Of a DNA stretch of 64,000 nt, positions 25,343-36,173 are shown in pieces. The stretch spans positions 653,440 to 717,439 of the forward strand of contig CAVURZ010000004.1 in assembly GCA_963744035.1 (NCBI GenBank), written 5' to 3'. How positions within the stretch are numbered: position 1 is the first letter of the stretch; each line of letters begins with the position of its first letter. The stretch comes from an uncultured Solirubrobacteraceae bacterium. Its GTDB lineage: Bacteria; Actinomycetota; Thermoleophilia; Solirubrobacterales; Solirubrobacteraceae. A program made the translations under genes and the position numbers. Below the pieces are notes generated by a model that was not told the DNA's origin, made no database searches, and saw only the letters and a program-made list of their open reading frames with translations.

Positions 25343-25542
25343 CTCTGCTCTTCTGGAAAGGAATAGTTGTCAGTAGTGGCTGTGAACATGTGTACTCGGC
25401 TCGGTCACTTGCGTTTGCTGGGGTGCCGCGGTGCAAGCGCCTGTGGACGTGCGGGTTGAAAGTGTCTCAGGCGAGGCGGTCGTGCGGCGCGAGTCTCGCT
25501 CAGACGGGGTCCTCGTCAAGCGTCTCGCACAGCTTCTCCACA
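25343..25542. other. replication origin oriC (dnaA-dnaN intergenic region)
   Basis: TAG-like trios at 25364-25378, then GGC, then overlapping DnaA-box-like TGTGAACAT/TGTGTACTC (25381-25397). Further boxes are TGTGGACGT at 25442-25450 and TTCTCCACA at 25534-25542. Confidence 0.75.
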
Positions 25543-26878
25543 GCCTCACGTGAGGCCTCATCGGAGGCCAGGCGGGCCGTCGTGCGCCGGCATGCATGCA
25601 ACACGGTCGTGTGGTCGCGTCCGCCGAACTCACGCCCGATGGCCGGCAGCGAGGCGCCCGTGAGCTCACGCGAGAGGTACATGGCGACCTGGCGGGGCCA
25701 TGCGATCCGCGGAGTCCTCGCCGAGGACAGCAGTTCGTCGGGGGAGAGGCCGAAGTGACGGCAGGTCGCCTGTTGGATCTCGGAGATCGAGCGCCGGCCT
25801 CGCCCGGGCGCCGGCGCCTGCGGGTAGAGGCTCGACAGCACCTCGCGTGCCAGGGCGCCGTCCAGCGGCCTTCCCGTCAGCGAGCTGAACGCGACGACCC
25901 TGATCAGCGCTCCCTCCAGTGCCCTCACATTGCTCTGGACGTGCTCGGCGATCGTCTCCAGAGCCTGCTCGTCGGCGAGCTGAACGCCGTCGTGCTGCGC
26001 GCGCTTGCGCAGGATCGTCAAACGGGTCGCGAGGTCCGGCGGAGCGATATCGGCGACCAGACCCGGCCTCGAACCGCTCGCGAAGCCGGTCCTCCAGTGC
26101 CTGCAGGTCGCGCGGGCGGACGGTCGGAGGTCAGCACAACCTGGCGGCCGCCGTCGTGCAGCGCGTTGAACGTGTGGAAGAACTCCTCCTCCGTCCTGGC
26201 CTTGCGCTCGAGGAACTGGACATCGTCGACCAGCAGGACGTCCACATCGCGGAAGCGGCTCTTGAAGCTCTCGGTGCTCCGTCCGCCCAGTGCTCCGAGG
26301 AACTCGTTGGTGAACGCCTCGCCGGTCGTGGCCCGCACCGTCAGGGTCGGGTTGTGCGTGGCGAGCAGGTTGGCGATCGCACTGAGCAGATGGGTCTTGC
26401 CGACGCCCGGAGGCCCGCAGATGAACAGCGGGTTGTAGGCCTGGGAGGGCATCTCGGCGACGGTCAGCGCCGCCGCATGGGCGAGCCGGTTGCAGTCGCC
26501 GATCACGAACTGGTCGAAGGTCAGCTTGGGGTTGCCGAGCGGGTCCGCCTGCGGCACCGCGGCGGCGGGCTGCTGCGCGCCGGCGACAGCGGCTCCGCGA
26601 CGAGGGCGGTTTCGGCCAGGCGCCTGCTCGGCGCTCGGGCGCAGCTCGACGGCTGCGTCGGGCCCGAGCACGAGCTGCGCGCTGGCCTGGATCACGCGCC
26701 CGAATCGGCCCTCGGATCCAGCGGCATGCGCTGCGGTCGGCGCCTCGAGCACCAGGTGCTCTCCCCTGAGCTCGACGGGACGCAGCGAGTCGAGCCACAT
26801 CCGGTACGTGGGCTCGTCTACGACCAGGGCCAGCTGGGCCTGCACCCGCGACCATATCTGCTCCATCTCCAGACTCAC
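25500..26878 (-). CDS. dnaA: chromosomal replication initiator (frameshifted)
   Basis: LNPK-like LTFDQFVIG, YNPLFICGPPGVGKTHL, VDDVQF, EEFFHTFN and GGRDHTTVLHA motifs. Confidence 0.97.
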
Positions 26879-27119
26879 GGCAGCGCCTGTCCGCCCCTCC
26901 CAGGGGAGTGTCGATGACCATTCGAAAGGGGGCCCGAAGGCCCGGTCGGGCGACTATACCCAACGCCGTCGAACGCTCATCCGGGGTGGCTCGCATTTGG
27001 CGGGAAAAATCCGCGGCGGCCGCACGGTCCTATACTTCGGAGCCGGCGCGCTGCGCGATTGTCGTGGACTGCTGCCGTTCGCGTAGAAGGAAGTTGCCGG
27101 CGACTGGAGAACTGAAACC

Positions 27120-27254
27120 ATGAAGCGCACCTATCAGCCAAAGAAGCGCAAGCGCGCCCGGGCCCACGGGTTCCGCAAACGTATGAGCACGCGTGCAGGG
27201 CGTCTGACGCTCAAGCGCCGGCGCGACAAGGGACGCAAGCGCCTTTCCACCTGA
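27120..27254 (+). CDS. rpmH: 50S ribosomal protein L34
   Basis: Manual translation gives [44 protein letters not shown]; not in the ORF track. Confidence 0.97.
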   Translation: MKRTYQPKKRKRARAHGFRKRMSTRAGRLTLKRRRDKGRKRLST

Positions 27255-27257
27255 GCG

Positions 27258-27689
27258 GTGGGAGCCTCCGGAGTGGCTGGTCGGCAGATGAGCCCGGTCC
27301 GGAGCGCCCGCGGCGGTCGGCTGTCACGCAGCGCCGAGTTCGAGCGCGTATATCGCCATGGCCGCTCGACGGCCAATCGCCACCTGGTTCTCTACTCGTT
27401 TCCGAACCCCGCGGTGGAGCAGCCGCGCATCGGCCTGTCCGTTTCGCGCAAGGTCGGCGGGGCGGTCGAGCGCAACAAGGTCAAGCGCCTTCTGCGCGAG
27501 GCCTTCGCCGAGGCGGAGCCGACCCTCGCTGCCCGGCCACGACGTCGTGGTCGTCGCCCGCCCCGAGGCGCTCGAGCTGGCCGAGCGGGAGGGCCTCGCC
27601 GGGGTCGAGGCGGCGCTCGGCGAGCTGCTCGCGAAGTCCGGCCTGCAGCCCGCAGGACCGGACGGCCGAGCCGGAGGAGCGACTGATGA
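27258..27689 (+). CDS. rnpA: RNase P protein component (frameshifted, ends approximate)
   Basis: RLSRSAEFERVY, RIGLSVSRKVGGAVERNKVKRLLRE and DVVVVARP motifs. Confidence 0.92.
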
Positions 27690-27986
27690 GCGCCGCCGCA
27701 CGCGGCGGGCCAGCGCACGGCACCGCCCGGGGCGCGCTGCGCAACGATCGCCGTGGCGCCGGTGCTTTTCTACAGCCGCTTCATCTCGCCGGCGATCCCC
27801 AGGCGCTGCAAGTACGAGCCCACCTGCTCGCATTACGCGGTCGACGCGATCCGGGAGTACGGCATACTTAAGGGCGTTGTGCTCGCCGGGTGGCGGCTGC
27901 TCAGGTGCAACCCATGGAGCTACGGCGGATACGATCCCGTCGAGGCCCAGCGAGTCTTCAGGACCCATGCCGAATCCGGCCACTGA
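27686..27986 (+). CDS. yidD: membrane protein insertion efficiency factor
   Basis: YSRFISP..CKYEPTCSHYA..RLLRCNPW..GGYDPV. Confidence 0.93.
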
Positions 27987-28076
27987 GGCTCGCGGCGGGC
28001 AACCGCCCCGAAGGGGCGCCGCCGCAGCGCCGCGACCGCCTCCAGCCGAGACACGAACGCCGAAACCACACGCTAG

Positions 28077-29072
28077 ATGATCCCTCTAGCAAACATGATC
28101 CAGGAAGCGTTCTCGCCCCTGATCACGCTGTTCGAACACATCATGGTGTTCATCCACGACAACGTCGTGGGTGGCAGCTGGGGGCTTTGCGATCGTCGGC
28201 CTCACCGTCCTGATCAGGGCGGTCCTGGTGCCGCTGACCTACCGGCAGCTGAAGTCGATGCAGGAGATGCAGCGACTCGCGCCGCAGATCAACGTCGCTG
28301 AAAGAAAAGTACAAGGACGACAAACAGCGCCAGCAGCAGGAGTTGATGAAGTTCTACCAGGAGAACAAAATCAACCCGCTGGCCTCGTGTCTGCCGCTGG
28401 TGCTGCAGCTCCCGGTCTTCATCTCGCTGTTCTACATGCTGCGGACAGACCTGAAGAAGCACATCTGCGGGCCCCAGCTCGTCCAGTACTTCAACCGCCA
28501 CCCGGCCGAAGCGACGAAGTACAAACACGCGATCCCCGTCGACTCGTTCGTCCACCTGCCGGCGAAGTTCATCGAAAGACACGGCCTGCCAGACCGTCGC
28601 GCCGGGTTCGGGCAAATTCCTCTTCATCCCCGACATCACCAGCAAGGCGACGGGCTGCGGTCCTGATCGTGCTGATCGCCTGCTACGTCGGCTCGCAGCT
28701 GGCCTCGACGCTGATCGCGACCGCCACGGCCGACCCCAACCAGCGTCGCCTGATGCTGCTGCTGCCGGTCGTCTTCGTGGTGATCCTCTACCGCTACCCG
28801 GCCGGCCTGCTGGTCTACTGGATCACCACCAACGTGTGGACGATCGGTCAGCAGTATCTGATCAAACGACACATGGGACCGCCTGTGAAACCGGAGCGAT
28901 ACGCCGCCTGTGGTCGAGGCCAACGGCAAGCCGAGCACGGTCGATTCGGCCTGCGCTCAGCGGCGCCGTGGCCGGCGCCGGCGCCGGCGGCCGCAACCGA
29001 GCCCCGAGCCCCGCGTCCACTCCGCCCCGGCCACCCCGAAAGAAGAAGAAACGGTCAGGTAGAAGAAGATGA
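28077..29072 (+). CDS. yidC: membrane protein insertase YidC/Oxa1 (frameshifted)
   Basis: PLTYRQLKSM, KFYQENKINPLASCLPLVLQLPVF and PAGLLVYWITTN motifs. Confidence 0.93.
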
Positions 29073-29569
29073 GCGAGCCGGACGAGAACGAGGATGTCGA
29101 GCCCGCCGAGGCGCTGCAGGACCTGCTCGAGGAGATCGCTGAGGATCTCGGCCTCGACGCCGAGGTGCAGATCGAGGAGGACGACGGCGTCCTGACCGGG
29201 CGCCTGGAGGGCGAGAACGTGGGCCTGTTCATCGGTCGTCACGGACAGACCATCGACGCTGTGCAGCACCTTGCGCAGCGCATCGTCTTTCCCGAGGGCC
29301 CCTCCTCGGTGCGCGTGGTGATCGACGCGAACGGGTATCGCGAGCGCCGCGCCGACGCCCTCAGGGCCGAGGCCGACGACGCCGCCGACGAGGCTCTCGA
29401 CACCGGAAAGCCGGTCGAGCTCGCAGCCGATGCCCCCATTCGAGCGCCGGATCGTCCACGAGTACCTGCGCGAGCGCGGCGACGTCGAGACCCACAGCGA
29501 GGGAAACGAGCCCGAGCGGTTCCTCGTCGTCTCGCCGCCGTTCAGACGGCGGGAGTGCAGGTGCACTAG
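29069..29569 (+). CDS. jag: Jag/EloR (KH + R3H) RNA-binding protein (frameshifted)
   Basis: KH motif LFIGRHGQTIDAVQ and R3H motif PFERRIVH..ETHSEGNEPER. Confidence 0.9.
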   Translation: MSEPDENEDVEPAEALQDLLEEIAEDLGLDAEVQIEEDDGVLTGRLEGENVGLFIGRHGQTIDAVQHLAQRIVFPEGPSSVRVVIDANGYRERRADALRAEADDAADEALDTGKPVELAADAPIRAPDRPRVPARARRRRDPQRGKRARAVPRRLAAVQTAGVQVH

Positions 29570-29585
29570 CGTTTCATGTGAAACC
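29570..29585. promoter_or_regulatory. parS centromere-like site
   Basis: cGTTTCATGTGAAACc matches the core of consensus TGTTTCACGTGAAACA with one mismatch and lies about 0.8 kb upstream of parA. Confidence 0.85.
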
Positions 29586-29611
29586 CCTCCGGAGTTCATG
29601 GGGGTGGGCAG

Positions 29612-30324
29612 ATGACGGCGCGAGGGCGCAGATGCGGGTCTGCAGCAGCTTGCTGAGCGCTACGAACTGAGCGAGCTGGCGCTCGAGCGCCTCGGCGACA
29701 CTGCTCGAGGGCTCACGGGCGACCCTCGAGCACCGACGACCGTGCGCGATCCGCCACGAAGCGCTTGACGCGCATCTCGCCGACTCGCTGGTGGCCCTGG
29801 AACTCGAGCAGGTGCGCGCGACGGGCCGCGTGGCCGATATCGGCTCAGGGGCGGGTCTGCCCGGGCTCGCGCTCGCGAGCGGCTCTCGAGGAGTCGAGCT
29901 TTTGGCTGGTCGAGAGCCAGGCGAGCAAGTGCGCGTTCATCGCGGCCCTGGGCGCACGCGCGGGGATCGCCAATGCCCGCGTCGTGTGCTCTCGGGCGGA
30001 GGAGTGGGGGGAGGGCTGCGAGCTGCAGGACCTCGTCGTCTGCCGCGCGGTCGCGGCGCAGCCGGTCGTACTCGAGTACGCCTCGCCGCTGCTGCGCCAG
30101 GGCGGCCGTCTCGTCGAGTGGCGCGGCGCCCGCTCGCAGGAGGAGGAGAGCGAGCGCCGCGCGAGCCGCGGAGCAACTCGGGCTCTCGTTGGTCGAGATC
30201 CATCGCGTGCAGCCCTTTGCAGCGGCGCGCGAGCGTCATCTGCACGTGTTCGAGAAGACCGAGCCCACGCCCGCCGGGCTTTCCCCGCCGCGCCGGACTG
30301 GCTCGCAAACGTCCGCTGGGCTGA
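29612..30324 (+). CDS. rsmG: 16S rRNA m7G527 methyltransferase (frameshifted, start approximate)
   Basis: HLADSL, ADIGSGAGLPG, LVESQASKCAF, VCRAVA and a C-terminal FPRRAGLARKRPL. Confidence 0.9.
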
Positions 30325-30409
30325 TCGGGGCCGCGCAGGCGGCGTATTCCGCGGAAATTCCAGGCGAGCTCGGCGCGGCCGTCTCCGTCCGTCGTTAGCT
30401 TGGTGGGAG

Positions 30410-31162
<753 letters not shown>

Positions 31163-31170
<8 letters not shown>

Positions 31171-32051
31171 GGCAAAACCAGGGATGGGGCGCGGTCTGGG
31201 AGCGATCCTCTCGGTCTCGACCGAGCCGGCGCAAGCCCGGCGGGGAGGAGCTCCGCGAGCTGCCCGTCGATCTGATCGTCCCCAACCCCAAGCAGCCCCG
31301 GCGGGAGTTCGACGCCGAGACGCTCGAGGCGCTCGCCGGCTCGCTGGGCGAGCAGGGCGTGATCCAGCCGGTCCTCGTGCGACCGCAGGCCGGCGGAACC
31401 TATGAGCTGGTCGCGGGCGAGCGGCGCTGGCGTGCCGCGCAGCTGGCCGGTCTGAAGGCGATCCCGGCGCTGATCCGCGAGCGCGAGGACGCGGCCGCCC
31501 TGGAAGTCGCGCTGATCGAGAACATGGCGCGCGAGGACCTCAACCCGATCGAGGAGGCCCGCGCCTGCGCGGCGCTGGTCGAGGAGCTGGGCCTCACGCG
31601 CAAGGAGATCGGCCGCAGGGTCGGGCGCAGCCGCGTCGCCGTGAGCAACCTGGTGCGGCTGCTCGACCTGCCCGACGAGGTGATCGAGCTGCTCCAACAG
31701 GGCGATCTGAGCGAGGGCCACGGCCGGGCGCTGCTGTTGGCCGAGGACCACGCTGCCCGGCGGCTGCTCGCGCGGCAGGCCGTCGAGCACGGCTGGTCGG
31801 TTCGCCTGACCGAACAGCGGGCCCGTGAGGCCAACTCTCCAGCCCAGCCGGCACGGCCTCGCCCCGAGCTGGCCATCCATCCTGATCAGGAACAGGCGGC
31901 CGCGGAGATCTCGCAGGCGCTGAGCGGCGCGCTGGGCGCCGACGTGAAGGTCCGCCCGGCCGGCGGCGGCTACAGGGCCGAGCTGTCCTTCGCCTCGCCT
32001 GCCGAGGCGATCGAGTTCGCCCGCCGGATGCGCCCCCGCGCCGTGGCCTGA
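31163..32051 (+). CDS. parB: ParB/Spo0J (frameshift near 31240)
   Basis: GMGRGLGA, PNPKQPR, AGERRWRAA and ALIENMAREDLNPIEEA motifs. Confidence 0.95.
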
Positions 32052-32170
32052 ATTCCGGGCCCCGGCAACTCAGGGAGGCACTTACCTCGAATCGGGTAGG
32101 GGCTTGTCCCGTCATCGGCCGAAGTTGGACTCGGTAGAACCCGTCCTGAGTCACGCCGAGGAGGCCTCGC

Positions 32171-34858
32171 ATGTCGGTTGGATCGCTCGCTGGAAACCCC
32201 GCAGGCTCAGGTACCGGGAGGGCTGCGGCATCGTCCCGCCCGACCGCACGTGCCACTCTCCTCTTTGCGGCTGTCGCGGTGCTCGCCGCAGTGCTTCTCT
32301 GGGGACTGAACACGGGCTCTGGATCCTCGCGGGTCGCCCGAACCGCGGTGGCGCGTCCTCCCGCCGGTGACGCTCTGAGAAGCGTCCCGGCCGGAGCGCT
32401 CGGCCCCGTCTCGGCGGCCCTGGGTGCGGGAGATGGCCGCTACCTGGTCCGGAATGCTGCCGGTGGCCTGTCCGCCTCGAACCCCGCCCAGCAGCTTCAC
32501 AGCCTGTTCACTGCGACCGGCGTGTCCGTCAGCTCCTCCCGCGCCAGGGTCCGCCTTGACCTCCACGCCGTTGGGTATGGCTCTTCGTTGAAGCCGCTGA
32601 GTGCGGTCACGCCGCGCGCGAGCGGCAACCGTGTCACCTATGCCCGCCGAGGTGTCACCGAGTGGTACGCGAACGGACCAGCCGGTGTTGAGCAGGGGTT
32701 CACGGTGGCGCGTCCTTCCGCTTCAAACTCGACGGGCGCGCCGCTGACCCTCTCACTCGGGGTCTCAGGAGCTCTGCGACCGGAGGTGAAGCAGGGCGGC
32801 CATACTGCCACCCTGGCGAACTCCCGAGGGGCCATCCTGCGCTACGGCGGCCTCAACGCAACCGACGCCTCCGGCAGGAGGCTCCACGCGTGGCTCGCCG
32901 TCAGGGGCTCGTCGCTCTCGATCAACGTAGCCGCGGCCCATGCGCGCTACCCGATACGGATCGACCCTTTCATCGAAAGCGCCCAGCTCACCGGATCGGA
33001 CGGCACGGAGGAAGACTACGCCGGCTACACCGCGGTGGTCTCGGGTTCGACGATCGCCATCGGGGCGCCCTATCGCAAAGTCGGCGGAAACGCCTACCAG
33101 GGCCTGATTTACGTGTTCACGCGACCGCCGTCGGGGAACTGGGAATCGGCAACCCAGACGGCTGAGCTAACCGCGTCGGACGCCGGCCCGGAAGAATATC
33201 TCGGCTACTCGCTGGCGATGTCCGGCAACACGATTGCCGCTGCCGATTTTCATGGCACGGGCAGGACCTACGTCTTCGAACGTCCCGCCTCCGGAAAATG
33301 GGAAACGGGAACGGAGAGCGCGGTCCTCGGGGTCAGCGAACCGTCTCGCAACGGCGGCATCGGATACTCCGTCGCGGTTGACGGCTCCACGATCGTCACC
33401 GGCGAACCCTATTACGAAGCGGGCGAAACGTACCGGCAGGGCGCGGCGTTCGTGTATTCCAAGCCGGTGTCCGGCAAATGGGAATCCACCACCGAGACGG
33501 CCCTTCTGACGCCCTCGGCAGGGGATGGGAGCGAATATTTCGGCGATTCCGTGGCCGTAGATGGGCCAACAATCGTCATAGGTGCGCCCGGTCACACCGC
33601 CGCGCAATACCACCAGGGAGCCGCCTACGTGTTCTCTCGGCCGGAATCAGGCAAATGGGTCTCATCCACCGAGACCGCTCTGCTGAGCGCGTCAGGCCCT
33701 GACGAAGAAGAAGAACTTGGCTACTCGGTCGCGGTTCAGGGCCGCACGATCGTCGCCGGCTCGCGCTACCGGCCGGCCGGCGCCGAATACAGCGGTGCCG
33801 TCTATGTATTCGAACAGCCCGAATCAACGAAATGGGAAACGGGCACCGAGACGGCCCAGCTCAGCTCCTCCGACGCCACGGCAGAGGAAGAGCTCGGCTG
33901 GTCGGTGGCGATCGACGGCGACACCATCGTGGCCGGCGCGCCGTACCACGAAGTCGAAGGACGGCCCAACCAGGGCGTCGCCTACCTCTACAAGCGCCCC
34001 CTGTCGGGGACATGGGAAACGGCGACCGAGACCCAGCAGCTCACGGGTGCGGAAGGACAAAGCCAGGAATACTTCGGCAACTCCGTGAGCATCGCGGGCG
34101 CCACCGTCGCCGTCGGTGCCCCCTACAGAAAAATTGGCTCAAACACCGAGCAGGGCCAGGCGGACGTCTTTAGCGGCCCGGCTCCGCGGGCATCTATCAC
34201 GGGCAGCTCCACGTTTGCCGCCGAGGCGGTGGGCGCCAGGAGTGCTCCGTCAACGATCACCCTCACCAACCCCGGAAGCGCGCCGCTGCACGTGGAATCG
34301 GTCGATCTGGCCGGCGCCGACGCCGGCCAGTACTCGCTCGGTCACGATCTCTGCACCGGGCAGGAAGTGGCCGTTGAAGCATCGTGCACCGTGCAGCTGA
34401 CGTTCGCACCGACGGCCCTCGGGGCGCACAACTCCGCCGCGATCGAATTCAACGACGATGCGCCCACGAGCCCGCAGAGCCAGGCGCTCTCAGGTACCGG
34501 CGTCGCGACACAGACCGTCGTCTCGACGACCCCGCCCCCCGCGCCGCTGCCCACGTGCCGCAGCAGCAGGGTGGAGAGTCTGCACTGGCTCCTCCCTCGA
34601 AAGATCAGGCTCAGCAAGGTCGTGATATCCGTCAACGGCCACACCTACATGCGCCTGCCGGGCAGCGCACGCTCGGCCAAGCTGAGCCTTGTGGGCTACC
34701 CGAAGGGCCGGGTGATCGTGAGAATCCTCGGCACCTCAAGGTCCGGCGCCAGATTCGCCCAGACGCGCATCTTCGCGCCCTGCGTGCTGTCCGGCAGCAA
34801 CCACGCGGGCCTTGGCGACCCGTATCTGAGAGCCGTTCGAGGCGGAGCGAGGCGATAG
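32171..34858 (+). CDS. large exported FG-GAP beta-propeller protein with Ig-like and basic C-terminal domains
   Basis: N-terminal hydrophobic helix; EWYANGPAGVEQGF..YPIRIDP domain; seven G.SVA..G.TI..GAP repeats; TITLTNPGSAPL..CTVQLTFAPT Ig-like domain. Confidence 0.85.
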   Translation: MSVGSLAGNPAGSGTGRAAASSRPTARATLLFAAVAVLAAVLLWGLNTGSGSSRVARTAVARPPAGDALRSVPAGALGPVSAALGAGDGRYLVRNAAGGLSASNPAQQLHSLFTATGVSVSSSRARVRLDLHAVGYGSSLKPLSAVTPRASGNRVTYARRGVTEWYANGPAGVEQGFTVARPSASNSTGAPLTLSLGVSGALRPEVKQGGHTATLANSRGAILRYGGLNATDASGRRLHAWLAVRGSSLSINVAAAHARYPIRIDPFIESAQLTGSDGTEEDYAGYTAVVSGSTIAIGAPYRKVGGNAYQGLIYVFTRPPSGNWESATQTAELTASDAGPEEYLGYSLAMSGNTIAAADFHGTGRTYVFERPASGKWETGTESAVLGVSEPSRNGGIGYSVAVDGSTIVTGEPYYEAGETYRQGAAFVYSKPVSGKWESTTETALLTPSAGDGSEYFGDSVAVDGPTIVIGAPGHTAAQYHQGAAYVFSRPESGKWVSSTETALLSASGPDEEEELGYSVAVQGRTIVAGSRYRPAGAEYSGAVYVFEQPESTKWETGTETAQLSSSDATAEEELGWSVAIDGDTIVAGAPYHEVEGRPNQGVAYLYKRPLSGTWETATETQQLTGAEGQSQEYFGNSVSIAGATVAVGAPYRKIGSNTEQGQADVFSGPAPRASITGSSTFAAEAVGARSAPSTITLTNPGSAPLHVESVDLAGADAGQYSLGHDLCTGQEVAVEASCTVQLTFAPTALGAHNSAAIEFNDDAPTSPQSQALSGTGVATQTVVSTTPPPAPLPTCRSSRVESLHWLLPRKIRLSKVVISVNGHTYMRLPGSARSAKLSLVGYPKGRVIVRILGTSRSGARFAQTRIFAPCVLSGSNHAGLGDPYLRAVRGGARR

Positions 34859-34876
34859 GATGGCCGCTCTTGGCCA

Positions 34877-34950
<74 letters not shown>

Positions 34951-34973
34951 TCGCAAGCAGCTAGGCTCACCTG

Positions 34974-35309
34974 ATGGATGACGAGCGAGCACGCGAGCTT
35001 CTGGCCCAGGAGCGTCAGCGCATCGAGCAGGCGATCGCCTCCCGATCCGAGCAGGACGCCAGCGCCGCCGAGGACCAGGAGGAACCCGGAGAACGCGGCT
35101 CAGAGGACCTTTACGAAAAGGAGGTCCAGGTCGGCACCGAGGCAGACCTGGCCGAGCAGCTAGCAGCCCTGGAGCGGGCGGAGGCCCGCCTCGCCGAGGG
35201 GACCTACGGCGTGTCGGTGGACAGTGGCAAGCCGATCCCCGACGCCCGCCTCGAGGCCCTGCCGACGGCCGAGCGGACCGTCGAGGAGCAGCAGGCCCTC
35301 GGCCAGTAG
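34974..35309 (+). CDS. TraR/DksA-family protein, cysteine-free
   Basis: ALERAEARLAEGTYGVSVDSGKPIPDARLEALPTAERTVE aligns to the DksA C4 region but has no Cys. Confidence 0.8.
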   Translation: MDDERARELLAQERQRIEQAIASRSEQDASAAEDQEEPGERGSEDLYEKEVQVGTEADLAEQLAALERAEARLAEGTYGVSVDSGKPIPDARLEALPTAERTVEEQQALGQ

Positions 35310-35323
35310 CGCTCCGCCGCGCA

Positions 35324-36097
35324 GTGAGAACGCCGGCGCTACTGATCTGCGCACTGCTCATCGCGGCGCTTACGGGTTGCGCTGAGCAGTCACCGACGGC
35401 GGCGGTCACCGTCACCCCTGTCGCCACGGCCCCGCAGGCGACCAGCGCCGCGACCAGCACGGTCCCGCCGGTGACGAGCCCCACGCCGGCCAAAGCGCCT
35501 GTCGCTGCGCCCGAAGCCCCCCGCCCCGCGATTCACCAGTGGCCAATCCCGTTCGGCGCTGCGCGCAAGCGACAGATGGCGGCCTACTCACTCCGTCACT
35601 ACGGCGAAAACACCTACGTCCTTTCAAAGCCGAAAGTAATCGTGGAGCACTACACGGAGACCGCAACCGCCGGGGAGGCCTGGAACACGTTCGCCCCCGA
35701 TGTCCCCGACAACGAGTTTCACGAGCTCCCCAACACATGCGCGCACTTCCTCGTGGAGCCCAGCGGCCGGATCGATCAACTGGTGCCGCTGACGATTCGC
35801 TGCCGTCACACGACGGGACTGAACTGGACGGCGATCGGGATCGAGAACGTCGGCTACTCAGACCAGGCGATCCTCGATGACCACGCCCAGATCACCGCCT
35901 CGCTGAAGCTCACGCGATGGCTTCGCTGCCGGTACAAAATCACCCTGGTCAACGTCATCGGACACAACGAGAGCCTGTCCTCCCCGTATCACCATGACCG
36001 TGTGCCGGCCTTTCAGCATCAGACCCACTCGGACTGGAATCACACGGACATGAGCCGCTACCGTCACCTGCTCGCCAGGATGCCCTGCCCGCGCTGA
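35324..36097 (+). CDS. N-acetylmuramoyl-L-alanine amidase (Amidase_2), lipoprotein
   Basis: Lipobox LTGC, IVEHYT, AHFLV, AIGIEN, VIGHNE and HSD motifs. Confidence 0.85.
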   Translation: MRTPALLICALLIAALTGCAEQSPTAAVTVTPVATAPQATSAATSTVPPVTSPTPAKAPVAAPEAPRPAIHQWPIPFGAARKRQMAAYSLRHYGENTYVLSKPKVIVEHYTETATAGEAWNTFAPDVPDNEFHELPNTCAHFLVEPSGRIDQLVPLTIRCRHTTGLNWTAIGIENVGYSDQAILDDHAQITASLKLTRWLRCRYKITLVNVIGHNESLSSPYHHDRVPAFQHQTHSDWNHTDMSRYRHLLARMPCPR

Positions 36098-36173
36098 GGT
36101 AGACGGGCCCAGGGTACGCTGATCGGCGCGCGGCCCGGATCGACCGGACCACGCGCCAAAAAGACGTGCGTCG

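Noticed and set aside
32950-34180. Periodic ~170-bp DNA similarity resembling a repeat array or CRISPR
   Set aside because: It is explained by the coding FG-GAP repeats; there is no identical repeat/unique spacer structure and no cas genes.
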